NCBI GenBank assembly: GCA_039937575.1
Contig: JBDTGE010000056.1
Location: 1 to 25,605, forward strand
Reading direction: 5' to 3'
Source: Jatrophihabitantaceae bacterium
GTDB taxonomy: Bacteria > Actinomycetota > Actinomycetes > Mycobacteriales > Jatrophihabitantaceae
Length of the DNA stretch: 25,605 bases
Positions 9,424-18,805 of the stretch are shown piece by piece. Every line of letters starts with the position of its first letter. Position 1 is the first letter of the stretch. Both the position numbers and the translations under genes were made by a program. The notes under the pieces were generated by a model that was not told the DNA's origin, ran no database searches, and worked only from the letters and a program-made list of their open reading frames with translations.

Positions 9424-9726
9424 ATGGCAGGCACGCTCACGCCGCAGCGCGAAGCCGCGGAGCAGACGACTGCGCAGGCGTGGGCCGATCCGGATCTTCC
9501 CTGGATCACTATCGTGTGGAACGACCCGATCAACCTGATGTCCTACGTCACGCACGTGTTCATGACCGTGTTCGGCTACTCGAAGGCCAAGTCCGAGACG
9601 CTGATGCTCGACGTGCACCAGAAGGGTCGCGCCGTCGTCTCCCACGGCACCCGCGAACGGATGGAGCTGGACGTCTCGACGCTGCACGGGTACGGGCTGT
9701 GGGCGACGTTGCAGCAGCAGTCGTGA
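9424..9726 (+). CDS. clpS: ATP-dependent Clp protease adaptor ClpS
   Basis: [21 protein letters not shown]...[13 protein letters not shown]...GLWATL, the actinobacterial ClpS pattern. ATG 9424 chosen (CACGAT 7 nt upstream); ATG 9415 is the alternative. Confidence 0.95.
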   Translation: MAGTLTPQREAAEQTTAQAWADPDLPWITIVWNDPINLMSYVTHVFMTVFGYSKAKSETLMLDVHQKGRAVVSHGTRERMELDVSTLHGYGLWATLQQQS

Positions 9727-10214
9727 AGTTCACGCGCGTCGGGGACGACACGGTCCGCATGCGGCTGGCCGTTGCCGAGGCCGACACACTGGCCGCGCTG
9801 CTCACCGACCTCGTCGACACGTTGCAGCCCAGTGGCCTGGACCGGGCCGACCCGGTGTACCGGCGGCTCTACCCGGACGGGTACCAGGAGAACGCCGAGG
9901 CGGCCGACGCGTTCCGGTCACTGACCGAGTCCTCGCTGCAGCAGGAGCGCCTGGGCCGGGCCGAGGACTGCCGCGCCGGCCTGGCCGCTCTCGACCGGAC
10001 AAAGCGCAGGATGGACCTGAGCCTGGATCCCGAGGCGGCCCAGTGCTGGCTGCAGGTGCTGAACGACATGCGGCTGGCGATCGGCACCCGGATCGGCGTC
10101 ACCGAGGACGAGCCGCGCGAGTTTCACGCGGATGACCAGGACGCGATGCCCCGCGCGGTTTACGGCTATTTGAGCGGCATGCAGGATGCGCTGGTGCAGG
10201 CCTGCATGGGCTGA
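9723..10214 (+). CDS. DUF2017 family protein (Rv1332-like)
   Basis: GTGA overlap with the clpS stop; RLYPDGY...FRSLTE and [18 protein letters not shown] motifs; synteny. Confidence 0.85.
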   Translation: MKFTRVGDDTVRMRLAVAEADTLAALLTDLVDTLQPSGLDRADPVYRRLYPDGYQENAEAADAFRSLTESSLQQERLGRAEDCRAGLAALDRTKRRMDLSLDPEAAQCWLQVLNDMRLAIGTRIGVTEDEPREFHADDQDAMPRAVYGYLSGMQDALVQACMG

Positions 10215-10237
10215 GCGCCCGCCGGTATCGTTGCGGG

Positions 10238-10654
10238 GTGCTGACCATCGACCAGGCGACCCACGACGCGATCCTCGCCCACGCCCACCGGGACCACCCG
10301 GACGAGGCGTGCGGCATCGTCGCCGGCCCGGAGGGCAGCGATCGCCCGGCCCGCTTCGTCCCGATGCTCAACGCCGCCCGCTCGCCCACGTTCTACGAGT
10401 TCGACTCGGCCGATCTGCTTCAGCTGTACAAGGAGCTCGACGCGAACGACGAGGAGCCGGTGATCGTCTACCACTCGCACACGGCGACCGAGGCCTACCC
10501 GTCGCGGACGGACATCGCGTACGCCTCCGAGCCGAACGCGCACTACGTGCTGGTGTCCACCCGCGAGGGCGACCCCACGCAGTTCCGCTCGTTCCGCATC
10601 GTCTACGGCCAGGTCACCGAGGAGCCGGTCGAGGTGGTCCCGTCCTATGCGTGA
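10238..10654 (+). CDS. mec: JAMM/Mov34 metallopeptidase, CysO-cysteine peptidase
   Basis: EACG and YHSHTATEAYPSRTD (JAMM E...HxH...S..D); upstream of cysO-cysM. Confidence 0.93.
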   Translation: MLTIDQATHDAILAHAHRDHPDEACGIVAGPEGSDRPARFVPMLNAARSPTFYEFDSADLLQLYKELDANDEEPVIVYHSHTATEAYPSRTDIAYASEPNAHYVLVSTREGDPTQFRSFRIVYGQVTEEPVEVVPSYA

Positions 10655-10832
10655 GCAGCTGATCGAGCGGGTGCTGCTGGCCCATCGGGCACTCGACGTC
10701 CACTACGACTGTCGCTGACCGCCGTCCGCCGCGTGAGTTCGGCCACCTGAGAGCGGGGTGGGACGATTGGCGGGCCACCGTGCGTTGACCTACTCGAGCA
10801 GAATCCGCCTTCGGACAGGAGCCGTAAATACC

Positions 10833-11108
10833 ATGGCCATCGACGTCAAGATCCCCACGATCCTGCGCACATACACCAAGGGCGAGAAGGCCGTCTCGGC
10901 CAAGGGCGACACGCTGTCCGCCCTCATCGACGACCTGGACGTCAGCTACCCGGGCCTGAAGGGCCGGCTGCTCACCGACCAGGGCGGGCTGCATCGCTTC
11001 GTCAACGTGTACGTCAACGACGAGGACGTCCGCTTCACCGGGTCGCTCGAGACCGCGCTCAAGGACGGCGACGCGGTCACCGTGCTCCCGGCCGTGGCCG
11101 GCGGCTGA
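10833..11108 (+). CDS. cysO: MoaD/ThiS-like sulfur carrier protein
   Basis: IPTILR, FVNVYVNDEDVRF, C-terminal PAVAGG; CAGGAG RBS; mec-cysO-cysM context. Confidence 0.93.
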   Translation: MAIDVKIPTILRTYTKGEKAVSAKGDTLSALIDDLDVSYPGLKGRLLTDQGGLHRFVNVYVNDEDVRFTGSLETALKDGDAVTVLPAVAGG

Positions 11109-11142
11109 ACGCTCTGCCTATCACGCTCGGCGCGAGGAGTGA

Positions 11143-12110
<968 letters not shown>

Positions 12111-12158
12111 GCGCGGCGTAGGGGCTTGTTACGAGGTTGGGAAATCCTCGGTCAATCG

Positions 12159-12185
12159 GCATCCGCACCGGCCCCGCCGCGCGAA
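12159..12185 (+). promoter_or_regulatory. Candidate ECF (SigK-like) promoter GCATCC-N16-GCGAA
   Basis: Resembles the SigK CCATCC/CCGAA consensus as I recall it; CGAA ends 9 nt before GTG 12195. Confidence 0.4.
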
Positions 12186-12194
12186 GCTTGACGT

Positions 12195-13748
12195 GTGAAG
12201 TCCCCTCGATCGCACCGCTTCGGTATCGGAGCGCTCGTCGGCCTGCTGTCCGCGGGCGTAGCGCTCGGCGTAGGTGAGATCGTCGCCGCGTTCGTCCGGC
12301 CCTCCGCCTCGCCGGTGATCGCGGTCGGCAACCGGTTCATCGTGCTCACTCCGGAAACGGTGAAACGCTGGGCGATCCGGTCGTTCCAGACGTCGGACAA
12401 GCCCGTGCTGCTGCTCGGCATCTACGCCGGGATCGCCCTGCTCGCGATCCTCACCGGCATCCTGGCGCTGCGGCGGATGGTCTACGGTCTCGCCGGGCTC
12501 CTCGTGTTCGGCGCCGTCGGCTGCTACTGCGCGCTGACCGCCAACGCCGCCCGAGGCACCGACGTGATCCCGACCCTCGTGGGCGTCGGCGCCGCGTGCA
12601 TCGCGCTGGTCGTCCTGGTGCGCGCCTCCGGGGTCGAAAGCGCGCACGAGCGACCCTCCAAGCCGGGTTTCCCGGTGGCGGATCGGCGTCGGTTCCTGCA
12701 GGGCGGTGCGGCCGCCGCCGGGGTCGCGGTCGTCACCGGCCTCGGCGGCCGGGTGGTGCAGAACGCCCGCTACAACGTCGACAGTATTCGGGCCAAGCTC
12801 GTCCTGCCGGCACCGGCCTCGCCCGCCGCGCCGCTCGCCGGCAACCCCGATCTCGGCAAGAGCGGGGTCCCGTGGCAGACGAGCAACGGCACCTTCTACC
12901 GGGTCGACACCGCGCTGTCGATTCCGCAGATCGACCCCAAGAACTGGAAACTGCGCATCCACGGCCTGGTCGATCACCCGATGACCCTGACCTATGAGCA
13001 GCTGCTGGCCCGTCCGCTCATCGAACGCTGGATCACGTTGTGCTGCGTGTCCAACGTGGTCGGCGGCCCGCTGATCGGGAACGCCAAGTTCCTCGGCGCC
13101 CGGCTGGCCGACCTGCTGCACGAGGCCGGCGTGCACTCGGACGCCGACCAGCTGGTCCTGTCCTCGGAGGACGGCATGACGATCGGCGCCCCGACCGCGG
13201 TCGTGCTCGATGGTCGCGATGCGATGCTGGCCGTCGGCATGAACGGGCAGCCGTTGCCGGTCGCGCACGGCTTCCCGGTGCGCACCGTCGTCCCCGGCCT
13301 GTACGGCTACGTGTCGGCCTGCAAGTGGATCGTCGACATCGAGGCGACGACGTTCGCGCAGAGCAAGGCGTACTGGGTCCAGGGGGGCTGGGACCAACGC
13401 CTGCCGATCCAGCTCGAGTCGCGCATCGACACCCCGAGGAACGGCGCGACGGTCGTGTCGGGCTCGGCGACCGTGATCGCCGGGGTGGCCTGGGACCAGC
13501 ACGTCGGGGTCTCGAAGGTGCAGGTCCAGGTCGGCGGCGGGGACTGGACCGATGCCCGGCTGGCGCCCGTCCCGTCCACCGACACGTGGCGCCAGTGGGT
13601 GCTGGCCTGGACGCCGCCGAAGGCCGGGTCGTACGTGGTGAAGGTCCGGGCGGTGGACGCGCAGGGCACGGTGCAGACGACGGCCAGCGCGCAGCCCTTC
13701 CCCGGCGCGGCGAGCGGCCTGGACTCGATCACGGTCCGCGCGCGGTGA
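12195..13748 (+). CDS. Sulfite oxidase-family molybdopterin oxidoreductase with polytopic N-terminal membrane domain and internal twin-arginine motif
   Basis: FYRVDTAL, WITLCCVSN (Mo-ligand Cys), MNGQPLPVAHGFPVRTVVPGLYGYVSACKW, SRIDTP, DTWRQW, Ig-like C-terminus; four hydrophobic segments, then DRRRFL plus a hydrophobic segment. Confidence 0.92.
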   Translation: MKSPRSHRFGIGALVGLLSAGVALGVGEIVAAFVRPSASPVIAVGNRFIVLTPETVKRWAIRSFQTSDKPVLLLGIYAGIALLAILTGILALRRMVYGLAGLLVFGAVGCYCALTANAARGTDVIPTLVGVGAACIALVVLVRASGVESAHERPSKPGFPVADRRRFLQGGAAAAGVAVVTGLGGRVVQNARYNVDSIRAKLVLPAPASPAAPLAGNPDLGKSGVPWQTSNGTFYRVDTALSIPQIDPKNWKLRIHGLVDHPMTLTYEQLLARPLIERWITLCCVSNVVGGPLIGNAKFLGARLADLLHEAGVHSDADQLVLSSEDGMTIGAPTAVVLDGRDAMLAVGMNGQPLPVAHGFPVRTVVPGLYGYVSACKWIVDIEATTFAQSKAYWVQGGWDQRLPIQLESRIDTPRNGATVVSGSATVIAGVAWDQHVGVSKVQVQVGGGDWTDARLAPVPSTDTWRQWVLAWTPPKAGSYVVKVRAVDAQGTVQTTASAQPFPGAASGLDSITVRAR

Positions 13749-13779
13749 ACCGTCCGGGCTCGGAGCACGAATAGAGGGT

Positions 13780-14229
13780 ATGAACACACTCGTACGCTGG
13801 GCCCTCGTCGCAGTGGCCGCAGTCGGCCTGGGCATCGACGCCTACACCCACCTCGACCTGGCCTCGCTGTACGACGGGAACAAGACGAGCACGGTCAGCC
13901 AGGGCACGCTCTTCCGGATCGAGGCGGTCTTCGCGATCCTCGTCGGCATCGCGCTGATCGTCCGTGCCAACCTGATGACCGCACTGGCCGTCGTCGCCGT
14001 CGCCGGCGGGGGACTGTTCCTTCTGCTGCTCTACCGCTACGTCAGCGTGGGCAAGATCGGGCCGCTGCCGGACATGTCCGAGCCGCTCTGGTACGCCGAG
14101 AAGTCCTGGTGCGCCTGGGGCGAGGGCATCGCCCTCGGCGCTGCGCTGTTGCTCGCCGGCGACCGGTTCCGGAGCGCTCGGACCTCCCGGAGAACGCGGA
14201 CCGCGCGGGCGAGCCGCGCGGCTGCGTGA
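13780..14229 (+). CDS. Uncharacterised ~4-TM membrane protein
   Basis: Hydrophobic segments with polar motifs DAYTHLDLA, QGTLFRIE, YRYV, GPLPDMSEPLWY; fills the gap between neighbours on the same strand. Confidence 0.8.
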   Translation: MNTLVRWALVAVAAVGLGIDAYTHLDLASLYDGNKTSTVSQGTLFRIEAVFAILVGIALIVRANLMTALAVVAVAGGGLFLLLLYRYVSVGKIGPLPDMSEPLWYAEKSWCAWGEGIALGAALLLAGDRFRSARTSRRTRTARASRAAA

Positions 14230-14255
14230 GCCGCCCGGCTCGTTACGCTGCGAAC

Positions 14256-14936
14256 GTGACCCCGTCCCTGTCCGATCGCTTCAAGCAGGCGTGGCAGAAG
14301 AACGACTACAAGCCGGCCGCCGGCACCGAACCGGCGTTCGACCCGCGCAGCTGGAGCGGCGCGCTCATCATCATGTGCGGCTTCGGCGCGCTGCTCTGGA
14401 TCGTCGAGATCGTCAACGCGGCCAACCACTACTCGCTCGACCGGTTCGGCCTGCGACCGCGCCAGGTGGGTGGGCTGTGGGGCATTTTCACCCAACCGTT
14501 CCTGCACGCCAGCTACGGGCACCTGGCGTCGAACACGGTCCTCGTCGTCCTCATCGGCTGGGTCCTGATGCTGTCCGGGATCCGCACCTGGCTGAGCGTC
14601 ACGGCGATCATCGTGGTCCTCGGCGGCGTGCTCACCTGGTTGGTCGCGCCGTCCGGGCTGATCGTCGGCGCCAGCGCGATGGTGTTCGGCTGGCTCGGCT
14701 ACCTGATCGCCCGCGCGTACTTCTCCCGCAAGCTGCGGTGGATCATCGTCGCGGTACTAGTCCTGTTCTTCTTCGGGGCCCTGCTGCAGAACCTGCTGCC
14801 GACGTTCCACTCCGACGCGTCGTGGCAGTCGCACCTGTGCGGATTCCTCGCCGGGATCGCGGCCGGTGCGGTTCTGCATCCGCGGCGCCCACGCCGCCCT
14901 GAACGGGCCCGGTCGAAGGGCACGCCCGTATCCTGA
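14256..14936 (+). CDS. Rhomboid family intramembrane serine protease (Rv1337-like)
   Basis: [26 protein letters not shown] (catalytic Ser), SWQSHLCG (catalytic His). Start GTG 14256 has TACGCT 6 nt upstream; GTG 14226 is the alternative. Confidence 0.92.
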   Translation: MTPSLSDRFKQAWQKNDYKPAAGTEPAFDPRSWSGALIIMCGFGALLWIVEIVNAANHYSLDRFGLRPRQVGGLWGIFTQPFLHASYGHLASNTVLVVLIGWVLMLSGIRTWLSVTAIIVVLGGVLTWLVAPSGLIVGASAMVFGWLGYLIARAYFSRKLRWIIVAVLVLFFFGALLQNLLPTFHSDASWQSHLCGFLAGIAAGAVLHPRRPRRPERARSKGTPVS

Positions 14937-14940
14937 CCGG

Positions 14941-15759
14941 GTGAGTTCCCCCGGCGTCGACGCCCCGATCGGCATGATCGACTCCGGGGTCGGCGGGCTC
15001 ACGGTCGCGCGAGCGGTGTTGGACCAGCTTCCGCACGAAACCCTGCACTACGTCGGTGACACCGCGAACGGCCCCTACGGGCCCAAATCGATAGCCGAGG
15101 TACGCGCCCACGCGCTCGCCCTGATGGACGAGCTGGTCCAGAGCGGGGTCAAGGCCCTGGTCATCGCCTGCAACTCGGCCAGCTCGGCCTGCCTGCGCGA
15201 TGCGCGCGAGCGGTACGACGTGCCCGTGGTCGAGGTGATCCTGCCCGCGGTCCGTCGTGCGGTGGCCGCCACCCGCAACGGGCGCATCGGAGTCATCGGC
15301 ACGATCGCGACGGTCACCAGCGGGGCCTATGACGACGCGTTCGCGGCCGCGGCCGGGGTCGACGTCGTCAGCGCGGCCTGCCCCCGATTCGCCGAGTTCG
15401 TCGAGCGCGGCGTGACCAGCGGTCGCCAGCTGCTCGGGCTGGCCGAGGCCTACCTGTCACCGCTCAACGCGGCCGGCGTCGACACGCTGGTGCTGGGCTG
15501 CACGCACTACCCGATGCTCACCGGCCTGCTGTCGGTCGTGATGGGCGACTCGGTCACACTGGTGTCCAGCGCCGAGGAGACGGCGAAGGACGTCTATCGG
15601 GTCCTCACCCAAGCCGATCGGCTGCGTCCCGACGACTCACCGGCCCCGCACCACGTGTTCAGGACGACCGGCCCATCGCAGTCATTCATCCGGCTCAGCC
15701 AGCGCTTCCTCGGTCCCGAGGTGGGCGCCATGCGGCCGGCGTACGGAGGTGTGCTGTGA
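14941..15759 (+). CDS. murI: Glutamate racemase
   Basis: [31 protein letters not shown]. Confidence 0.97.
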   Translation: MSSPGVDAPIGMIDSGVGGLTVARAVLDQLPHETLHYVGDTANGPYGPKSIAEVRAHALALMDELVQSGVKALVIACNSASSACLRDARERYDVPVVEVILPAVRRAVAATRNGRIGVIGTIATVTSGAYDDAFAAAAGVDVVSAACPRFAEFVERGVTSGRQLLGLAEAYLSPLNAAGVDTLVLGCTHYPMLTGLLSVVMGDSVTLVSSAEETAKDVYRVLTQADRLRPDDSPAPHHVFRTTGPSQSFIRLSQRFLGPEVGAMRPAYGGVL

Positions 15760-16517
15760 AGCTGACCGTGCTCGGCTGTTCCGGCAGCGTGCCCGGGCCG
15801 GACTCGCCCGCGTCGGGCTACCTCGTGCAGGCCGACGACTACACGCTGCTGGTCGACCTCGGACACGGCGCGTTCGGCGCGCTACAGCGGCACATCGACC
15901 CCGCGGCCGTCGACTCGATCGTGATCAGCCACCTGCACGCCGATCACTTCATCGACCTCACCGCGTACATCGTCGCCCTGCGGTACGGCGCCGACCCGCG
16001 CTACAAGATCGCCGGGCCCGAGGGACGTATCCCGCTCATCGGTCCGGCCGGCACGCGGGATCGGCTCGAGGCGGCCTACGACCCGCTCACCCGCAAGCTG
16101 GCCCTGCACGAGTTGTTCGGCTTCTCGACGCCGAGCCCGGTCGAGCTCGGCCCGTTCTCGCTGACGTTCGCCGCGGTGAACCACCCGACGCCGACGAACG
16201 CCATGCGGATCACCTACGGCGACCGCTCACTCGTGTACTCCGGCGACACCGGCGAGAGCGACGCCCTGGTCCAGTTGGCGCAGGGTGCGGACGTGTTCCT
16301 GTGCGAGGCGTCCTTCAGTCCGGAGGACGTCTACGTGCCCGACCTGCACCTGACCGGGCGCCAGGCCGGCGAGCACGCCGACCGCGCGGGCGTCGAGCGG
16401 CTAATCGTCACGCATGTCCCGCCGTGGACGTCCCCGCAGCTGCAGGCCGACGAGGCCGCCGCTGCGTTCCACGGGGTGGTCGAGCTGGCGCACCCCGGCG
16501 GCGAGTACTGGATCTAG
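15756..16517 (+). CDS. Metallo-beta-lactamase fold hydrolase (Rv1339/AtaC-like cyclic nucleotide phosphodiesterase or RNase Z-like)
   Basis: [31 protein letters not shown]; GTGA overlap with murI. Confidence 0.9.
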   Translation: MKLTVLGCSGSVPGPDSPASGYLVQADDYTLLVDLGHGAFGALQRHIDPAAVDSIVISHLHADHFIDLTAYIVALRYGADPRYKIAGPEGRIPLIGPAGTRDRLEAAYDPLTRKLALHELFGFSTPSPVELGPFSLTFAAVNHPTPTNAMRITYGDRSLVYSGDTGESDALVQLAQGADVFLCEASFSPEDVYVPDLHLTGRQAGEHADRAGVERLIVTHVPPWTSPQLQADEAAAAFHGVVELAHPGGEYWI

Positions 16518-16553
16518 GCGGTCGGTGCCCGCCTGACCGCCCGCAGATCTTGT

Positions 16554-16575
16554 TGCCCCTGAGGTGTCAGGGGCA
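16554..16575. terminator. Perfect 9-bp hairpin between convergent genes (TGCCCCTGA-GGTG-TCAGGGGCA)
   Basis: Inverted repeat read directly; no clear U-tract, so the terminator role is inferred from position. Confidence 0.5.
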
Positions 16576-16606
16576 CCGAACTGCACCAAGGTTGCCGGTC
16601 GAGCGG

Positions 16607-17245
16607 TTACTTCCTGCCGCGCTGCTTCGGCGAGACCGGCGGTGCCCCGTCGCGGACCTCGGCCAGCATTCGGATCATGAGGTCCTCGGGCTTCTCCTCG
16701 GGCCGGACCTGACCACCGGCCGGCCGGAAGAACTCGACCTTGATCGACGTGCCCCCTGGCTGCCACACCCGGCCCGTCGTCCCGGTCACCCGCGCGCACA
16801 CGATGGTCGTCCCCGGCACGGCGAGTACCAGCCGGCCCGCCCCGCTGCGCGCCCGCAGGTCGCGCCCGAGTGAGCGGGTGCCCTCGGGGAAGACGCCGAT
16901 GCAGCCGCCGTCCCGCAGGATCTGCGTGGCCGCGGTGATGGCGCCGTGGTTGCTCGAGCCGCGTTCGATCGGGATCTGCCCCATGCCGTCGAGCACCTTG
17001 CCGACGATCGGGTTCTTCCACAGCGTCGACTTGGCCAGCGCGAGCAGCTGACGCCGGCCCCGGGCCGCGTACCCGAGGGCGATCGGGTCCCAGTTGCTGT
17101 CGTGGTTGGCGATCAGGACCGTGGGCCCGGAGAGCGGGATGCTGTCGGCGCCGGTGATCTCGATCCGCGACAGCCGCATGAACAGCCCACCGATGCCGAT
17201 CACGGTGCGATAGGCCGGGCTCAGTTCCACGCGATCGGACGTCAT
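16607..17245 (-). CDS. Lysophospholipid (PlsC-family) acyltransferase
   Basis: ANHDSNWD (HX4D), LAKSTLW, IPIERG, FPEGTRS. Start ATG 17245 (CATCAT 7 nt upstream) or 17254. Confidence 0.92.
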   Translation of the reverse strand: MTSDRVELSPAYRTVIGIGGLFMRLSRIEITGADSIPLSGPTVLIANHDSNWDPIALGYAARGRRQLLALAKSTLWKNPIVGKVLDGMGQIPIERGSSNHGAITAATQILRDGGCIGVFPEGTRSLGRDLRARSGAGRLVLAVPGTTIVCARVTGTTGRVWQPGGTSIKVEFFRPAGGQVRPEEKPEDLMIRMLAEVRDGAPPVSPKQRGRK

Positions 17246-17336
17246 TGCTCGCATGATGCCGTATCTCCGGCCTCACCCGGCAGTAGGAACGGCCACCACG
17301 CCGAAGGTTGCTGGTCCGGCGTGCGAGAGCGGCACT

Positions 17337-17459
17337 GTGCAGGTGGGGATCCTCGGGCCGTTGCAGGTGCGGGACGATGACGACGAGTTGATCGACGTCG
17401 CGGGCCCTCGCCTGCAGACCCCGCTGACCCGTCTGGCCCTGGACGCTGGACGCCGGTCG
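17337..17459 (+). pseudogene. N-terminal remnant (~41 codons) of an AfsR/SARP (winged helix-BTAD) regulator
   Basis: VQVGILGPLQVRDDDDELIDVAGPRLQTPLTRLALDAGR matches the typical LGPLEV...GPR.R.LL..L.L.AGR.V start of SARP proteins; similarity stops abruptly after DAGR. Confidence 0.65.
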
Positions 17460-17463
17460 GCGT

Positions 17464-17550
17464 CGCGGCCACCAGCTGGCTCAGCACTTGCTCGTCCACT
17501 GCGACCGGCGACACTGACGGGCCGCCGGACTCGGTCATCACCGCGTTCAT
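17464..17550 (-). mobile_element. Possible N-terminal remnant of an IS256/Mutator-type transposase
   Basis: MNAVMTESGGPSVSPVAVDEQVLSQLVAA resembles the AVDEQL..QL N-termini of actinomycete IS256 transposases as I recall them; the expected GLQLTGEGGLL continuation is absent. Confidence 0.3.
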
Positions 17551-18020
17551 TCTGCTTGATCGAAGTGGCGCCGCGGCCGATATGCGACCAGATCCCTACC
17601 GCGACGAATCGGTTCCTGCGGCGAACCTACGCGCTGGCGCGGACCGCGGCCGGTACGACGACGGCCCGCCCCGAGCTGATGCTCGAGACGGGCCGCTGCA
17701 ACTATCTTGTGACTACGTTGTGTCGGTCAGTCGTCCTCGTGGGATCTAGTCGTCCCAGGGACCGCGACCGCTGTTGTCATCGTTCACAGCTTTTCTCCTT
17801 TGCATGAATGGACCGTCTACGACGCGCTGAGTCAGCGGAGGCGGGTAAGTCGTCGTACCTGTTCCAGGTCCGTAACGACTTGAATCAGATCAGAGGAAGA
17901 TGACCCTCTGGCAGCCGCAAGGTGGACTGCTGTCAACCACCCTACCGGACGCCGGAGGCAAACTCCGAATCGGGGCCGAGGGCCGCAGCGCTGACAGGCA
18001 CCGTCGCTAGGCTCGTGGGC

Positions 18021-18743
18021 ATGTCACGACCAGACGGCCGCGCGGCCGACCAGCTCCGTTCGATCACGATCACCCGCAACTGGCAGGCCTACGCCGAGGG
18101 GTCGGCGCTGATCGAGTTCGGCGCTACGAAGGTGCTCTGCGCCGCGTCAGTCCAGCAGGGCGTCCCGCGCTGGCGCAAGGGCAGCGGACTGGGTTGGGTC
18201 ACCGCCGAGTACTCGATGCTCCCGCGCGCCACCCTGACCCGCAACGACCGCGAGTCGGTCAAGGGCCGGATCGGCGGCCGCACCCACGAGATCTCCCGGC
18301 TGATCGGCCGGTCGTTGCGCGCGGCCATCGACCTGTCGGCGCTGGGCGAGAACTCCATCTCGATCGACTGCGACGTGCTGCAGGCCGACGGCGGCACCCG
18401 GACCGCTGCGATCACCGGCGCGTACGTCGCGCTCTCGGACGCGGTGTCGTGGCTGCGCGAGAAGGGCGCGCTGGCCCGCCCCGAGCCGCTGATCAACTCG
18501 CTGTCGGCGGTCAGCGTCGGTGTCATCGACGGTCAGCCCCGGCTGGACCTGATGTACGAGGAGGACGTCCGGGCCGAGACCGACATGAACGTCGTCATCA
18601 CCGGCGCGGGGGAGTTCGTCGAGGTCCAGGGCACCGCCGAGGGCGTGCCGTTCCGTCGCGACGAACTCGACGCGCTGCTCGACCTCGCCGTCGGAGGCTG
18701 CGCCGACCTGGCCAAGTTCCAGGAACGGGCTCTCAGCTCGTGA
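18021..18743 (+). CDS. rph: Ribonuclease PH
   Basis: [55 protein letters not shown]; TAGGCT 7 nt upstream of ATG. Confidence 0.97.
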   Translation: MSRPDGRAADQLRSITITRNWQAYAEGSALIEFGATKVLCAASVQQGVPRWRKGSGLGWVTAEYSMLPRATLTRNDRESVKGRIGGRTHEISRLIGRSLRAAIDLSALGENSISIDCDVLQADGGTRTAAITGAYVALSDAVSWLREKGALARPEPLINSLSAVSVGVIDGQPRLDLMYEEDVRAETDMNVVITGAGEFVEVQGTAEGVPFRRDELDALLDLAVGGCADLAKFQERALSS

Positions 18744-18805
18744 GAGCCGGAGTAAACGCTCACCTCCACTTCGCGGACCATGCTGGCCGGGGCAAGGTCA
18801 CATGA
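18740..18805 (+). repeat. Intergenic mini-ORF element, copy B ([21 protein letters not shown]), bridging the rph stop and the rdgB start
   Basis: Its GTG overlaps the rph TGA (GTGA) and its TGA overlaps the rdgB ATG (ATGA); homologous to 7471..7539. Confidence 0.75.

Noticed and set aside
10785-10804. TTGACC...CAGAAT as a cysO promoter
   Set aside because: Spacer is only about 8 nt, incompatible with sigma-A geometry.
17561-17580. Third copy of the mini-ORF element (CGCCACTTCG on the minus strand)
   Set aside because: Only a ~8-nt core match; the flanks do not align.
17253-17807. 184-aa ORF as a real gene
   Set aside because: Only codons ~29-69 resemble a known family; the rest reads through antisense and low-GC scar sequence.
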